A stretch of 64,000 bases of DNA. Origin: Eledone cirrhosa. Lineage: Eukaryota. Below the pieces are notes generated by a model that was not told the DNA's origin, did not search any database, and was given only the letters and a program-made list of their open reading frames with translations. Location: contig OZ024740.1 of NCBI GenBank assembly GCA_964016885.1, forward strand, positions 149,792,001 to 149,856,000. The letters run 5' to 3'. The position numbers and the translations under genes are program-made. Of this stretch, positions 1 through 10,825 are shown piece after piece; within the stretch, counting starts at the first letter, position 1; every line of letters begins with the position of its first letter.

Positions 1-134
1 CAAAGACACTTTGGGCTCAGCCAGTTAGAATCTTATCTTTCCTTCACCGATAACAATGTATTTCATGTCTGAAATTATTGACTCAACTGCAACGAGTTAA
101 CACTATGTAGATCTATTTTATTCCCTATTGTATA

Positions 135-388
135 ATTAATATTACAAATAAAAAAAAAAAGAAAAGAAAAAACAGAAGCGAGTAGCACACACATCTAGGA
201 CCACATACAACACATAATCAGATAATACACACAACTTTGGAATATTGTTAATCAATTTTTTAGTAATCTACTGATATAAAAATCAATAGTATATTGAAAA
301 ATGGAAAAATGGGGGGGGGGGGGGGGCATTTCGTGATTTCGAGGGACAAAAGGGGGCGTTTGGCCTAAGTGGGTTGAGAACCTGTGGT
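135..388 (+). mobile_element. Internally deleted copy of the hAT/Buster-type element at 43.1-45.3 kb, ending in its 3' terminal sequence
   Basis: 135-232 matches 43136-43225 (ACACATCTAGGACCACATACAACACATAATCAG). 236-388 matches 45135-45280 and ends GGGTTGAGAACCTGTG. Confidence 0.75.
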
Positions 389-709
389 TTAGAATATCAG
401 AAGATTGGGTTGTTCGTAAAATTTGTTCGTTAACGAAAGTTGTGTTCGGAGAATGTAGTTATATTTCATATTTGAATGCTGCTTTTTTTCAAAATGTTCG
501 TTTTTTTCTTAGGAGGTTAATTTTCGTGAATGTTTGTTGTTGATTTCGTATATCGTAGGAAAGTTGCAGCAGAAAATGTGCGTGTTCTTTTTTTTATCGA
601 TATCAGATGGTTGATTTTGTTCGGAACGTCAGGTGTTATCTGAAATAAACTGGCCTTAACATCAGTTGGTTTGTTTCTCCAAACTACGTGGTGTCAGTAA
701 TTCGACACA

Positions 710-838
710 AAAAAAATGAACATCGTGTTGCCCAGGGGTCAGTATATGTGGAGACCTAACCTACTTTGCTGAGAGTTCAAATTGTAGCGACATCTTTCCA
801 CATATACTGACCCTAAACGACACGGGGTGCTGTTTTTC
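710..838. repeat. Short imperfect inverted repeat (MITE-like hairpin)
   Basis: GGGTCAGTATATGTGGA at ~736 is the reverse complement of TCCACATATACTGACCC at ~797; looser pairing continues outward. Confidence 0.55.
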
Positions 839-1935
839 TTTATCTCTGGTTGGCGCCGGTAGGCTGGAGAAACTGGCTAAAGTGGGGTTAAATGAGATAA
901 GATTTTCTTAAAGTCATTCCCCTCTCAGTAGAGAGATTTAGCGCTTAGCAAATATAAACACTCCAGCCCGCTCGACAGGGTTGATGCTTCGATAAAGGTT
1001 GGTTCAATGCATCTGATCAGACTACTACTACATTCACTCAAACAATCCAAACAACCACAAGACACAATTCACTTGGTTCTTTGTTGTTTTCCTGTTTTAT
1101 CAACAATAGCTTCGACGTAAATTATTTCTTAATAAAAATTCTTAAAGTAGTGATTTCTGTTATTGTTCATCAGATATTATTAATGACAGTTTTACTTTCA
1201 CCCTTTTAACTTTCAACTACTGACTACGGCAACGAGTACAGTCACAAATCGCGACTTACTGAGATACATACACTCAATTAATTTGCCATAAGTCACATAT
1301 TTCCCACAGTGCTTATATGAGAGAGAGAGCCATTCACGGAATCACCCATTAAGCCAACAACATTATTAATAAAGCATCTGCCACGCCACAATGAACATAA
1401 ACCACCGAACAACAGACAAATATTTTTTCAACTTACAAAAATAAGCATTTTATATTTAACATTCACTTGTTAAAGAAAAAAATATATATGCCCCTTTATT
1501 TACAAAGCATTTTATTTACATAGTGGGTTGTGCAAATCTAAAATGAAACCCATTATCTTTCGTATTATCCTTATGTAATATCTGCAGGGTTTGTTAAATT
1601 GCGTTAAACAAAATTCATATTCCAATTTTTGCTTATTTTGATATATATTTTATGCTCTGTCAAATGGATGATTTATTGAAGGAAATAAGAAAGACATAGT
1701 TATATTTTTCAATACATTAATACAAACAATAAAAGTTTCTAGACACGAAAGTAAGAACCATGGGCAGAATGGCGAAAATTTTGATGAAAAACAAAGCGAA
1801 AAAAAAATCAAAGTTTGGTAAAATCACGATTAAAGCAGCTATATATCTAAATACTCTGATTCTTTATCAAAGACATATCAATTACTCTTTTTTGTTTGTT
1901 TCAAATTTGTTGTAGATTTTTATTTATTTATTTAT

Positions 1936-2916
1936 TTATTTACAGCTCCAACTTTTGACTTGAGAGATATCTTTCAATGGAACTGGATTCCGAATCCACT
2001 GCAAAGCTTGAGATACACTCACCATCCAAACATCTTCCTTCTTAGAAATTTCTTTCAAAAATGTCTTCAGTGGCTTCAAATTTTTCTTAAGCCAAGGTGC
2101 GTGTAAAAATATACCAAAAGGTGCCCTATTTCTTTTGTAATGGCGATCGAAATTATCCATCAAATATTTTTCAACAAGAGGCTTGTCATTGGAGATGAGG
2201 CAGTCATCGGGCATTGAACATGGCTTTTTATTTTCATTGTACCAACGTATAAGTGGAACTTCCCATAAACCCGGATATGATTTCGTCGGACAATTTGTAA
2301 GTGCACAATACGTGCTGTTCACTTTATAATCTAATGTAAAAGGCCATACTGGGTCCTCCTCGTCAGATGGTTTAAGTGAACCTGCAACCATTGAACTATC
2401 ATATTGAAATCCATAATCTTGCAATACATCAAACTGGTTATTTCCTCCCATCGCAAGGAACGGTGAGCGCATTCCTCGAATGTCTTTTTCTGGAATACTG
2501 GCATTTGAAATAAGGTATTGTTTCATACCAACTATTTCCTTAACATAAAACTGACGGCTGCCTTCCAACCATTTAGTATATGGATTTTGATGCGTTATAC
2601 TGTGTGAAGCTATTTCATGTCCGTTTCTATGTAATTCCTTCACAAACGCTGGGTTAATGTAATCTCCGGAAACAAAAAATGTTGCGTTAATTGGACAGCC
2701 GTTTGGATTTGTTATGTTAGAGTCAAGCAATTTTCTGTAATATCGTATGTTACTCCAATTAATTCCGTCGTCAAATGTCAATAGAATTATCTGTGGTGTT
2801 GAATTTCGTGACAATGAGCCAGGAATTTCATCCCCAGGGCATTTACAATTTGGTAATTTGCAATTTGGGGGATCACAGGCACCTTCAAAATAAAATAAAA
2901 AACATATAATAAACAT
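1936..2916 (-). CDS. Secreted chitin deacetylase-like polysaccharide deacetylase (CE4/NodB fold), single coding exon, ~326 aa from the ATG at 2916
   Basis: Hydrophobic signal peptide MFIICFLFYFEGA, then CDPPNCKLPNCKC. CE4 motifs TFDD, HEIASHSITH, RSPFL, YDSS, WPFTLDY, PGLWEVP and PFGIFLHAPW are intact. The ORF-track start at 2964 is a TTG. Confidence 0.92.
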   Translation of the reverse strand: MFIICFLFYFEGACDPPNCKLPNCKCPGDEIPGSLSRNSTPQIILLTFDDGINWSNIRYYRKLLDSNITNPNGCPINATFFVSGDYINPAFVKELHRNGHEIASHSITHQNPYTKWLEGSRQFYVKEIVGMKQYLISNASIPEKDIRGMRSPFLAMGGNNQFDVLQDYGFQYDSSMVAGSLKPSDEEDPVWPFTLDYKVNSTYCALTNCPTKSYPGLWEVPLIRWYNENKKPCSMPDDCLISNDKPLVEKYLMDNFDRHYKRNRAPFGIFLHAPWLKKNLKPLKTFLKEISKKEDVWMVSVSQALQWIRNPVPLKDISQVKSWSCK

Positions 2917-3060
2917 CAAGAAATGAAATACTACTTTTGTTTTTAATAAAAGACACGTATTCAAATTCCCTCGCGGTAACCAAGCCTAGAACTATTCATC
3001 TTCTTAAAGAAAATTAATAAGAAGTTTTAGTAAAAGAGAAATATATTTAAAACTAGTCAC

Positions 3061-3068
3061 TTTTATAG
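3061..3068 (-). promoter_or_regulatory. Candidate TATA box (CTATAAAA) for the deacetylase gene
   Basis: About 145 bp upstream of the ATG on the coding strand; the AT-rich context makes a chance match possible. Confidence 0.3.
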
Positions 3069-3647
3069 AAGTCAAAGAGAAAAAATATCAATATCAAGTC
3101 ATGTAAATAATAGAGGAGAATAGAAATGTGAGGAAACTACTGAGGGTCTGTGTCGACAACAGTAAATTAAAAGGAGAGTTCCTGAAATATCTAATAAATT
3201 CAATTGCTGTGAGAAGATCGTGTGATACCTTAGTAAAAAGAGTAGTAGAACATTAAGGAGTTATTGGCCGTTGTTATTTTTGTTAGTTTCGTTGACAAAA
3301 TTATTTTTCCATTTAAAATAACTGACTATTTCATATATCGATGTAATTGTTCATGGAAATGCATCAGATAGATTTGAATGTGCATATCATGTTACTGCTG
3401 GATAAACTTGGACGTATTCAATAACATGGTTGGGAGATTTCCATCAATGTTGATCCTTTTTCTAATAGATAGGCGTATTAGACTTTTGAGTGGAAGATGA
3501 AGTGAGATTTGCAATACTTAAAAGAAAAACAAAACAGTGTAAAGCCATAGCTATTTGCAATTCCAAATTGATGTCGGTTATTTCATCGTGTACATTCTAC
3601 GTGAACAGAGGAATATTCAGCTATTGTTTGATAGTTTAGTGCAGAGG

Positions 3648-5112
3648 TAGAGGTTCTCAAAGTGGGCGCTACCGATCTCTGGAGGGCACTGAGAAGAGAG
3701 CGCTGGGGCGGTGAGGGTTTAGGCGGTAGAGATGGTATAATAGTATATTAAATGATACATATCTCTCTATATAAAATTCTTTGTCTCTCTCTGTCTGTCT
3801 GTTATTATGCATTCTCAAACGGCTTGATCAAATCAAATCAAATTTTACAAGGTATTAGACCCCGGGAGTGTCAACATGTAATTTTTATTTTTATTTGGAT
3901 TAAAACAATATAATATTTTAACTAAAATAACATTTCTATAGTGAACTATAGTAAACCACCACCACCACGACCACCACCACCACGATGACATCACCTTGTA
4001 TATGAGTGTGTATGTGTCTGTGAGTGTATATGTGTGTTTGCGAGTTCGTTACATGCGTTAGGCCTCAGAGAATTAAACACACACACACATCTACACATAG
4101 ATATAGACAATTAAATACACACACACATCTACACATACATACAGACAATTAAATACACACACACATCCACACATACATATAGACAATTAAATACACACAC
4201 ACATCTACACATACAGATACATATGTGATGACAGACAGGTGTGCGTGAATATATGCCTGTGTGTGTCTGTCTTAGTTAAATGCGAGTGTATGTGAGAGTG
4301 TGTGCGAGTGTATGTGTGAGTGTATGTGAGAGTGTGTGAGTGTATGTGTGTGTGAAAGTATGTGAGAGTGTATGTGTGTGTGAGTGTATGTGCCCCCCCC
4401 CCGTGAGTGTCAACATGTAATTTTTATTTTCATTTGGATTAAAACAATATATTTTATCTAAAATAACCTTTTTATAGTGAACTATAGTTAACCACGACGA
4501 CGACGTCACATTGTATATATGAGTGTGTTTGTTTCTGTGAGTGTGTGTGTGTGTCTGCGAGTTGGTTACATACGTTAGGCCTCAGAGAATTAAACACACA
4601 CTTAAACACACACACACATGTACACATACAGATGCATGTGTGATGACAGACAGGTGTGCTTGAATGTATGTCTGTGTGTGTCTGTCTTATTATATGTATG
4701 TGAGTGTATGTGAGAGTGTGTGAGTATATGAGTGTGTATGTGTGGGTGAGTGTAAGTGAGAGTGTATGTGTGTGTGAGTGTATGTGTGATAATTCTTATT
4801 TTCATTTGGATTTAAACAATAGAAAACAACATAACCACGTCCCAATTTGTATATGAATATGTGTCTGTGAGTGTGTGCGCATTCATTAGGTACGTTATTA
4901 AATACATACAGACATCTACATATGTAGTGACTAAAAAAAAATGAGGTGAAAAGCTATGCGTGTGTCTGCGTGAATGTATGTCTGTGTGTGTCTGTCTTAG
5001 TGTATGTATATGAGAGTGTATGTGTGTGAGTGTGTAGCAACAATCTGGAGGCGCTGAAGGTATTACGTGGCCATGAGCGGGGAGGAGGCCCCCAAAAGTT
5101 TGAGAACCTCTG
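3648..5112. mobile_element. Non-autonomous hAT-like element interrupted by a Helitron-like/microsatellite insertion
   Basis: Terminal inverted repeats AGAGGTTCTCAAA ... TTTGAGAACCTCT, similar to the hAT ends at ~385 and ~45280. No clean 8-bp target site duplication. Confidence 0.6.
3760..5035 (+). mobile_element. Non-autonomous Helitron-like fragment with internal tandem duplications and (TG/AG)-rich repeats
   Basis: Starts ATCTCTCTATATAAAA...GTCTGTCTGT...ATGCATT. The block GAGTGTCAACATGTAATTTTT...TGAACTATAGT recurs at ~3866 and ~4405, and partly at ~4795. Confidence 0.5.
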
Positions 5113-5786
5113 GTTTTGTATGTCAGCTAAACGTCACAATTTCCATCATGTGGCACAGGTTCAGATACCCTGTACTATCTTACTTCCATTATCCACTATA
5201 AAACTATGGCTTTCATAATGTTTCTTAATAAAAATAATTGCCTAATTTAGTAGCAAATTGACTATGGAGGAAAGTACACGCATTTAGGATTGCTTCAGTA
5301 TAGATTTAAATAATAGAAATTATTACATTTTAAGCTTGATTACAATGTTACGTTCTCACAATAGTGCTATTGGCGACTTTTTTCATTAAGTGGATAGCTA
5401 CAGTCATAAATAATCTAGTCAACAGAGTCGTCAACAGAGTCGTGAAAAACTGTTCGGCAATTGACCACAATAATGCTTTTTGTCAATAATTTTAAATATT
5501 CGTCCATAGAAAAGCAATACTCTAAAATAAAAACCCAAAATGATTGCTTACAAACAGAAATATTTTATCTTAACACAAAAAAGTCAGATTTAAATAAATT
5601 TAAACTTATAGCCTATGAAAACTATCTTGATTTTTCAGGCTTGAAATTACGTAACATCCAACACTCTCATACGAAAGTTCTTATCATGCCATCGGCGTTC
5701 ACTTATTTTTTCCACAGTTACAACTATTACATAGATGAAAACGTCAATGACAGTTGGAATCAATGCAGAAAATTATTGAAAATACA

Positions 5787-6146
5787 TTACTTACTTGCGA
5801 TTTCTCTTCTCGGCAATGAAGTTCGCTTGAACGGGACAGCTTCAGTGGTAACTACAGACGTTGTAATTGGCTTAGTTGCAGCCGCAACATTATTCGACTT
5901 GCTAGTCTCGCGTGAATGATGTATCTTAGCCCCGCAATCATTATCGTTTGGCCAACTACAAACATTGTAGAATGGATCAAAATGTTGTCCATCGTGACAT
6001 GTTTTTAATGTTCCTTGTCGAAATCCTGAACAGTGATAGAACTTTTGCGGATCATTTGGATGGCATTTATAACTACCGGCTTCGTCACACATAAGAGGAT
6101 ATGAGGCTATCAATAAAATATGAGAAAAATTAATAACAGCCAGCAT
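5787..6146 (-). CDS. Small chitin-binding type-2 (CBM14/peritrophin-A) protein with Ser/Thr-rich tail, paralog 1
   Basis: Six Cys with HPNDPQKFYHC...C..GQHFDP...C.WP....C, hydrophobic N-terminus, Thr-rich C-terminus. Confidence 0.8.
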   Translation of the reverse strand: MLAVINFSHILLIASYPLMCDEAGSYKCHPNDPQKFYHCSGFRQGTLKTCHDGQHFDPFYNVCSWPNDNDCGAKIHHSRETSKSNNVAAATKPITTSVVTTEAVPFKRTSLPRREIASK

Positions 6147-6630
6147 GCTGCATGTTGATCTTTATTGAAAATATATACATCTTAGAATTTTAAAATCTTT
6201 TAATGAAATGAGGTAAAATATCTATGTAAATTTAAATGAAGTTTTGGGCTTAAACTAAAGTTCTTTCATCTCTTTATCATAATTAATCTTTATTTGGGTG
6301 TTGAGAATCAGTTATTCATAACAACCCAGAAATATACTTTAGTAGCGAAACCTCAAAGAGATATCTTTCCGATGTTCTCAGGAGGGCGCAATATTGGCAC
6401 ACACTGACTTTTGACCTTAGTCAGCCAAACTTAGATACTAATCCCTTTGTTTGAGCTCACATTGTCGTTGTCTAATTTATTGATATTATTTAAAAGGAAA
6501 GACCATCGGGTTGATGTTTCTGAGAACACAGTTATTTTAAATACAAGACATTTTTGACCTTAGAAATAATAGATGGCTGCCTTACCCTGCAACAGACTGT
6601 TTTACCAGCCTCCTACAGGCCACCATGTAA

Positions 6631-6716
<86 letters not shown>

Positions 6717-7488
6717 GCCCTGCAGGGTTGGCTACCAACGTCAACACACAGGTTAGTAAATTCACTATTTGAGATTCTACATGCATACACACAATCAACA
6801 TACTACAATTAGATGTATACCTCCGTTATTCATCATTACTGCACATGATTTAGAACTGAATCATGCAACCAATAAAGACATATAGAAATCAGTAGGATGT
6901 GTTATTCATTTGTAAATTCATACCTGTTATCGGGGAAAATTGTTTTTCCCCACGGCAATATCGCATCCCCACAATGAACGACTACAAATACTGGATTCAC
7001 CGACCATGACATAATTTCACAGTAACAATTCTCTCGGCCCCCTTCATTCACTTGTCATTTGACTCGATCAACAATCCAATCACTCAACTACTTCATCAAC
7101 TTCATCTCGGAGCTCCATCTACAGCACCATCTTACAAATGAACCACAACAGTCAATGAATTTCTACCATTCTCTTCCACAGTCAGTGCCCCCCCCCAAAA
7201 AAAAAAGAAAGCCCTATTGATTTAAACAGTAGTTTTCTTTCTTTTTTTTTGTTTTTGAAAGACGACTGTTTGTGAAAGGGGATGTGTCATGTTTTGCATT
7301 TCAAGGAAGTTTTAAAAATAAAAACTGCTTTGCAACGTAGTATCTTGATTTCCACTATACGGTTTCGATTCACAATCGAATATATTTTACATCACTTACG
7401 CTACAAACTTCTGCGAGAAATGCGTACACGTCACAGAAATCTCATTTATGCTTTACGAACCCCAAGAGACGAATAAAGGTATGAGAGA

Positions 7489-8104
7489 CTAGCCGAATTA
7501 CCCGCGCACACATTTTTTTTGTAAGAAAATGATGATTGATTTTAAATAATTGATATAATTTATGGAGAAAAAATAAAGGGAAACTGTTAAAAAGGTAGAG
7601 GCATTAACTAATAATTTTTGTTGTAATTCTAGTGATGTTTTGCCATAGATAAAATGTCTAAATTAGCCAAATTTTACTATAAAAGAGAGGTGCTATTTTT
7701 TGTTGATTTACGTTTAATTAATAGGAAAACCCAGTCATAATAGAGGTTCCAATACTCAAGTTATGGGCTTCCAAAATGTTCACTATAGGGGGTTTAACCC
7801 CCATTAGGGTATCTTAATATTATTGAAATTTGCTGAAATTTTGTGAATAGGCATCATATCTTGTCATTTACCTATGGTTTAAATTTCATATGAAATTTTC
7901 TAAGGGAAAAGATTTTCAGCGGGGGCAAGCGGGTGTTTGTGCCCCCGAGGAACCCTTTGATTAAAATGAAATATACTTATCCAGGTACCCTGGGCAATGT
8001 AGTTTCAGAATATATATGGTTATAGGGGTCTATCTCCAAAACCATAGGAGGAGTTAGTGAACAAACAAACAAACAAACAGGAACTACAACTTTATATATA
8101 TAGA
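7489..8104 (-). mobile_element. Non-autonomous Helitron-like element
   Basis: The minus strand reads A|TCTATATATATAAAG...(TTTG)n...GCGCGGGTAATTCGGCTAG|T, i.e. 5'-TC and CTAG-3' ends inserted in an AT dinucleotide. Confidence 0.75.
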
Positions 8105-8194
8105 TTATGGATGTTATACTTTTACTAAGAATATTTGTAGCATACGATAAATACGATGAAGATCATTAAGTCAGTGTAACGAGAAATTTACCCA

Positions 8195-8245
8195 GTAAGC
8201 ATCTGCTGACGATGGATAAAAAATCATGAAATACATGTATCTTAC
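8195..8245 (+). ncRNA. Degenerate minimal type I hammerhead ribozyme motif
   Basis: CTGACGA-TGGATAAAAAATCAT-GAAATACATGTATC with palindromic stem III (ATACATGTAT). Stem I (GTAA/TTAC) is interrupted by a bulge. Confidence 0.5.
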
Positions 8246-8719
8246 GCGGATATAATCACAGCAAAACTATATGTATGCCAATTATGCATACACATATTGT
8301 ATATGTTTACATGTATGCCTTTATCCATACTGTGTTGATGCTGTTGCAAAATAAATATATACAATTATGTTGCATACATTAATGCTGTCACCTGAGATAT
8401 CTAGCCCATGAATAATCAATGTATAATTAGAAATGGAGCAAGGCAAAGGTATTGCGTGGGGTTACGATGGTGTAGGCGGTGAGAAAAACTTGTATATCGA
8501 CAACTCCCACTCCTTTGTATTCTATCTTTTCTGTTTACGTATCCTTTGCAGCTCTCTCTCTGCCCCCCCCCCCCTCTCTCTCTCTCTCTCTACCAACGTA
8601 CCTACCTGTTTTACTGAGAGGCTAAGACAGATAGAAAGATCGATGACATGCACGTATATTATTTTTCTTACAATCACATTTTCCTCTTTATTTTACTTTT
8701 TCCTCTTCTATCTCCCTCT

Positions 8720-8815
<96 letters not shown>

Positions 8816-9609
8816 ATGTATGTTTGTATGTGTATAGAGATAGGAAACATAATAGTTCCACTGATGATGTCACAGGTGTGTGATGAAAGAACTTTGATAG
8901 ACTATAAATATATATATATTTATATCTATACTTTTCACCGTTGGTCAACAATGATAAGCATTGATTGCCAGCTAAATTAACTATAGGGATGTAAAATATA
9001 CAGAAACGATAACCAATCCAAACCAAACAGTGAGTGTGTTTTATTATTATTTCTGGCAATATTATAACAATATGACCCTCTCCAAATATATATATAAATA
9101 TATTATACAGAGAGAGAGAGAGGGGTGGGTAGAGGGGTGGGTGGGTCAGAGAGAGAGAGAGAGAGAGGGGCAGAGGGGTGGGTGGGTCAGAGAGAGAGAG
9201 AGAGAGAGAGTAGTTCCATAATAAATGTGCACATTGGAACAACAAAACAGGTAGAGACAAGTTAGACCTTTGGATGTGTTACATAAATATAGAAGAAAAT
9301 GCATCCCAAATGCGTTAACTGACAAAGAAGGGGCTTTTTATTAAAACTATCATCTAACAGACATTACAACCTCCCCGCCGTTCTGTCTTCCTCTACAATC
9401 CTTATTATTCTCTTTTGTTTTACTATTTTTTCTCCTTTGGCTAAGCTCTCGGGCACCGCTCTCGCTCTTTGTCAGAAGACACACTTGGGATGCATTTTCT
9501 ATATTTGTGTAATTCGCTTACCTGTTTTGTTATGTCCCAATGTGCACTGGAATGAACGTTATCAACCTTAATGCACTGAAACCATAGTTATTTCCACACA
9601 CACACTCAA

Positions 9610-9753
<144 letters not shown>

Positions 9754-9837
9754 ATAATAATAAATTTGAAGACTAAAATCCAAAGAGGGCTCGATAAGGA
9801 TAAATATATATCAAATATATAAGAACCGTAGAGCAAA

Positions 9838-9969
9838 TATTTATTAAAATAACAGATTAAAGTTTAAGCAAAGAATCGCTGCTTTCACCCTTAACGGGAT
9901 CTTCTGAAGATCCCGTTAAGGGTGAAAGCAGCGATTCTTTGCTTAAACTTTAATCTGTTATTTTAATAA

Positions 9970-9972
<3 letters not shown>
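9838..9972. repeat. Perfect palindrome (67-bp arms, 1-nt centre at 9905) made of two head-to-head PLE terminal repeats
   Basis: Arms are exact reverse complements and match the PLE 3' end at 13185-13252. Confidence 0.9.
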
Positions 9973-10011
<39 letters not shown>

Positions 10012-10120
10012 ATATTTGCATAGGGAACGTTTCCACGAACCAAAGTATCGTCTTCCTGTCTTCCTCCGGTTGCAACGTTTTTTGAAATATCCACTTCTGC
10101 GTTTACAGATTGACTTTGTT

Positions 10121-10171
10121 AGTTTCAGAAGATCCCGTTAAGGGTGAAAGCAGCGATTCTTTGCTTAAACT
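10121..10171 (+). ncRNA. Type I hammerhead ribozyme, U4A variant (PLE terminal-repeat family; also 13180-13230 +, 41544-41594 -, 60669-60719 -)
   Basis: AGTTT-CAGAAGA-T-CCC-GTTAA-GGG-T-GAAAGCA-gcgattctt-TGCT-T-AAACT: stems I, II and III all pair. Confidence 0.7.
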
Positions 10172-10187
10172 TTAATCTGTTATTTTA

Positions 10188-10251
<64 letters not shown>

Positions 10252-10610
10252 TTCCCTTTTACCTGAACATGGAACCTCGTTCTTCCCCAAATCTCTCATT
10301 CACATACACACACACTCACACACACACACACGTACACCTACACCCAAACACCACCTTCAGCCCTCCCCGCTCGGAACACCCACCTCCCTCGCCCCTCTCC
10401 AGCCCCCTCCACCCACCACCATCCCTACACGCCTCACACCCTTTGACCCCTTGTTTATTTTTGTTTTTATTTTTATTTTTATTTGTACTTTTAAAAAATT
10501 TGCTTTACTCTCTAAAAACATTGTTTTTCCTCCCCCCCCCTACTTTTTTTAAATGTCTTTCCCCCACTTCCCCACGCACCCTCGGAACTCTCTTTCTACC
10601 CACTGTTCTC

Positions 10611-10641
10611 CTGATGAGGGGCTTATGCCCGAAACGTCGTC
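10611..10641 (+). ncRNA. Hammerhead core remnant lacking stem I
   Basis: CTGATGA-GGGGC-TTAT-GCCC-GAAACGTCGTC; the flanks do not pair. Confidence 0.45.
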
Positions 10642-10825
10642 CCCCACCCCCCCACTCTCAAACTAAAAACCATATCAATTGTACTGCCTCTGTTTTTTGT
10701 TCTCTGTTTATATATATATATATAGTAATAATAATAAATTTGAAGACTAAAATCCAAAGAGGGCTCGATAAGGATAAATATATATCAAATATATAAGAAC
10801 CGTAGAGCAAATATTTATTAAAATA

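Noticed and set aside
1090-1190. Minus-strand CTGATGA-ACAATA...TATTGT as an HHR
   Set aside because: GAAA is replaced by GATA, and there is no convincing stem I or III.
1936-2964. Bacterial origin or contamination of the intronless deacetylase
   Set aside because: The Cys-rich N-terminus and WPFTLDY/PGLWEVP motifs fit animal chitin deacetylase-like proteins, and its base composition matches the flanks.
5461-5919. 152-aa plus-strand ORF
   Set aside because: TTG start, antisense to the CBM14 gene, no motif, and not preserved in the paralogous copy.
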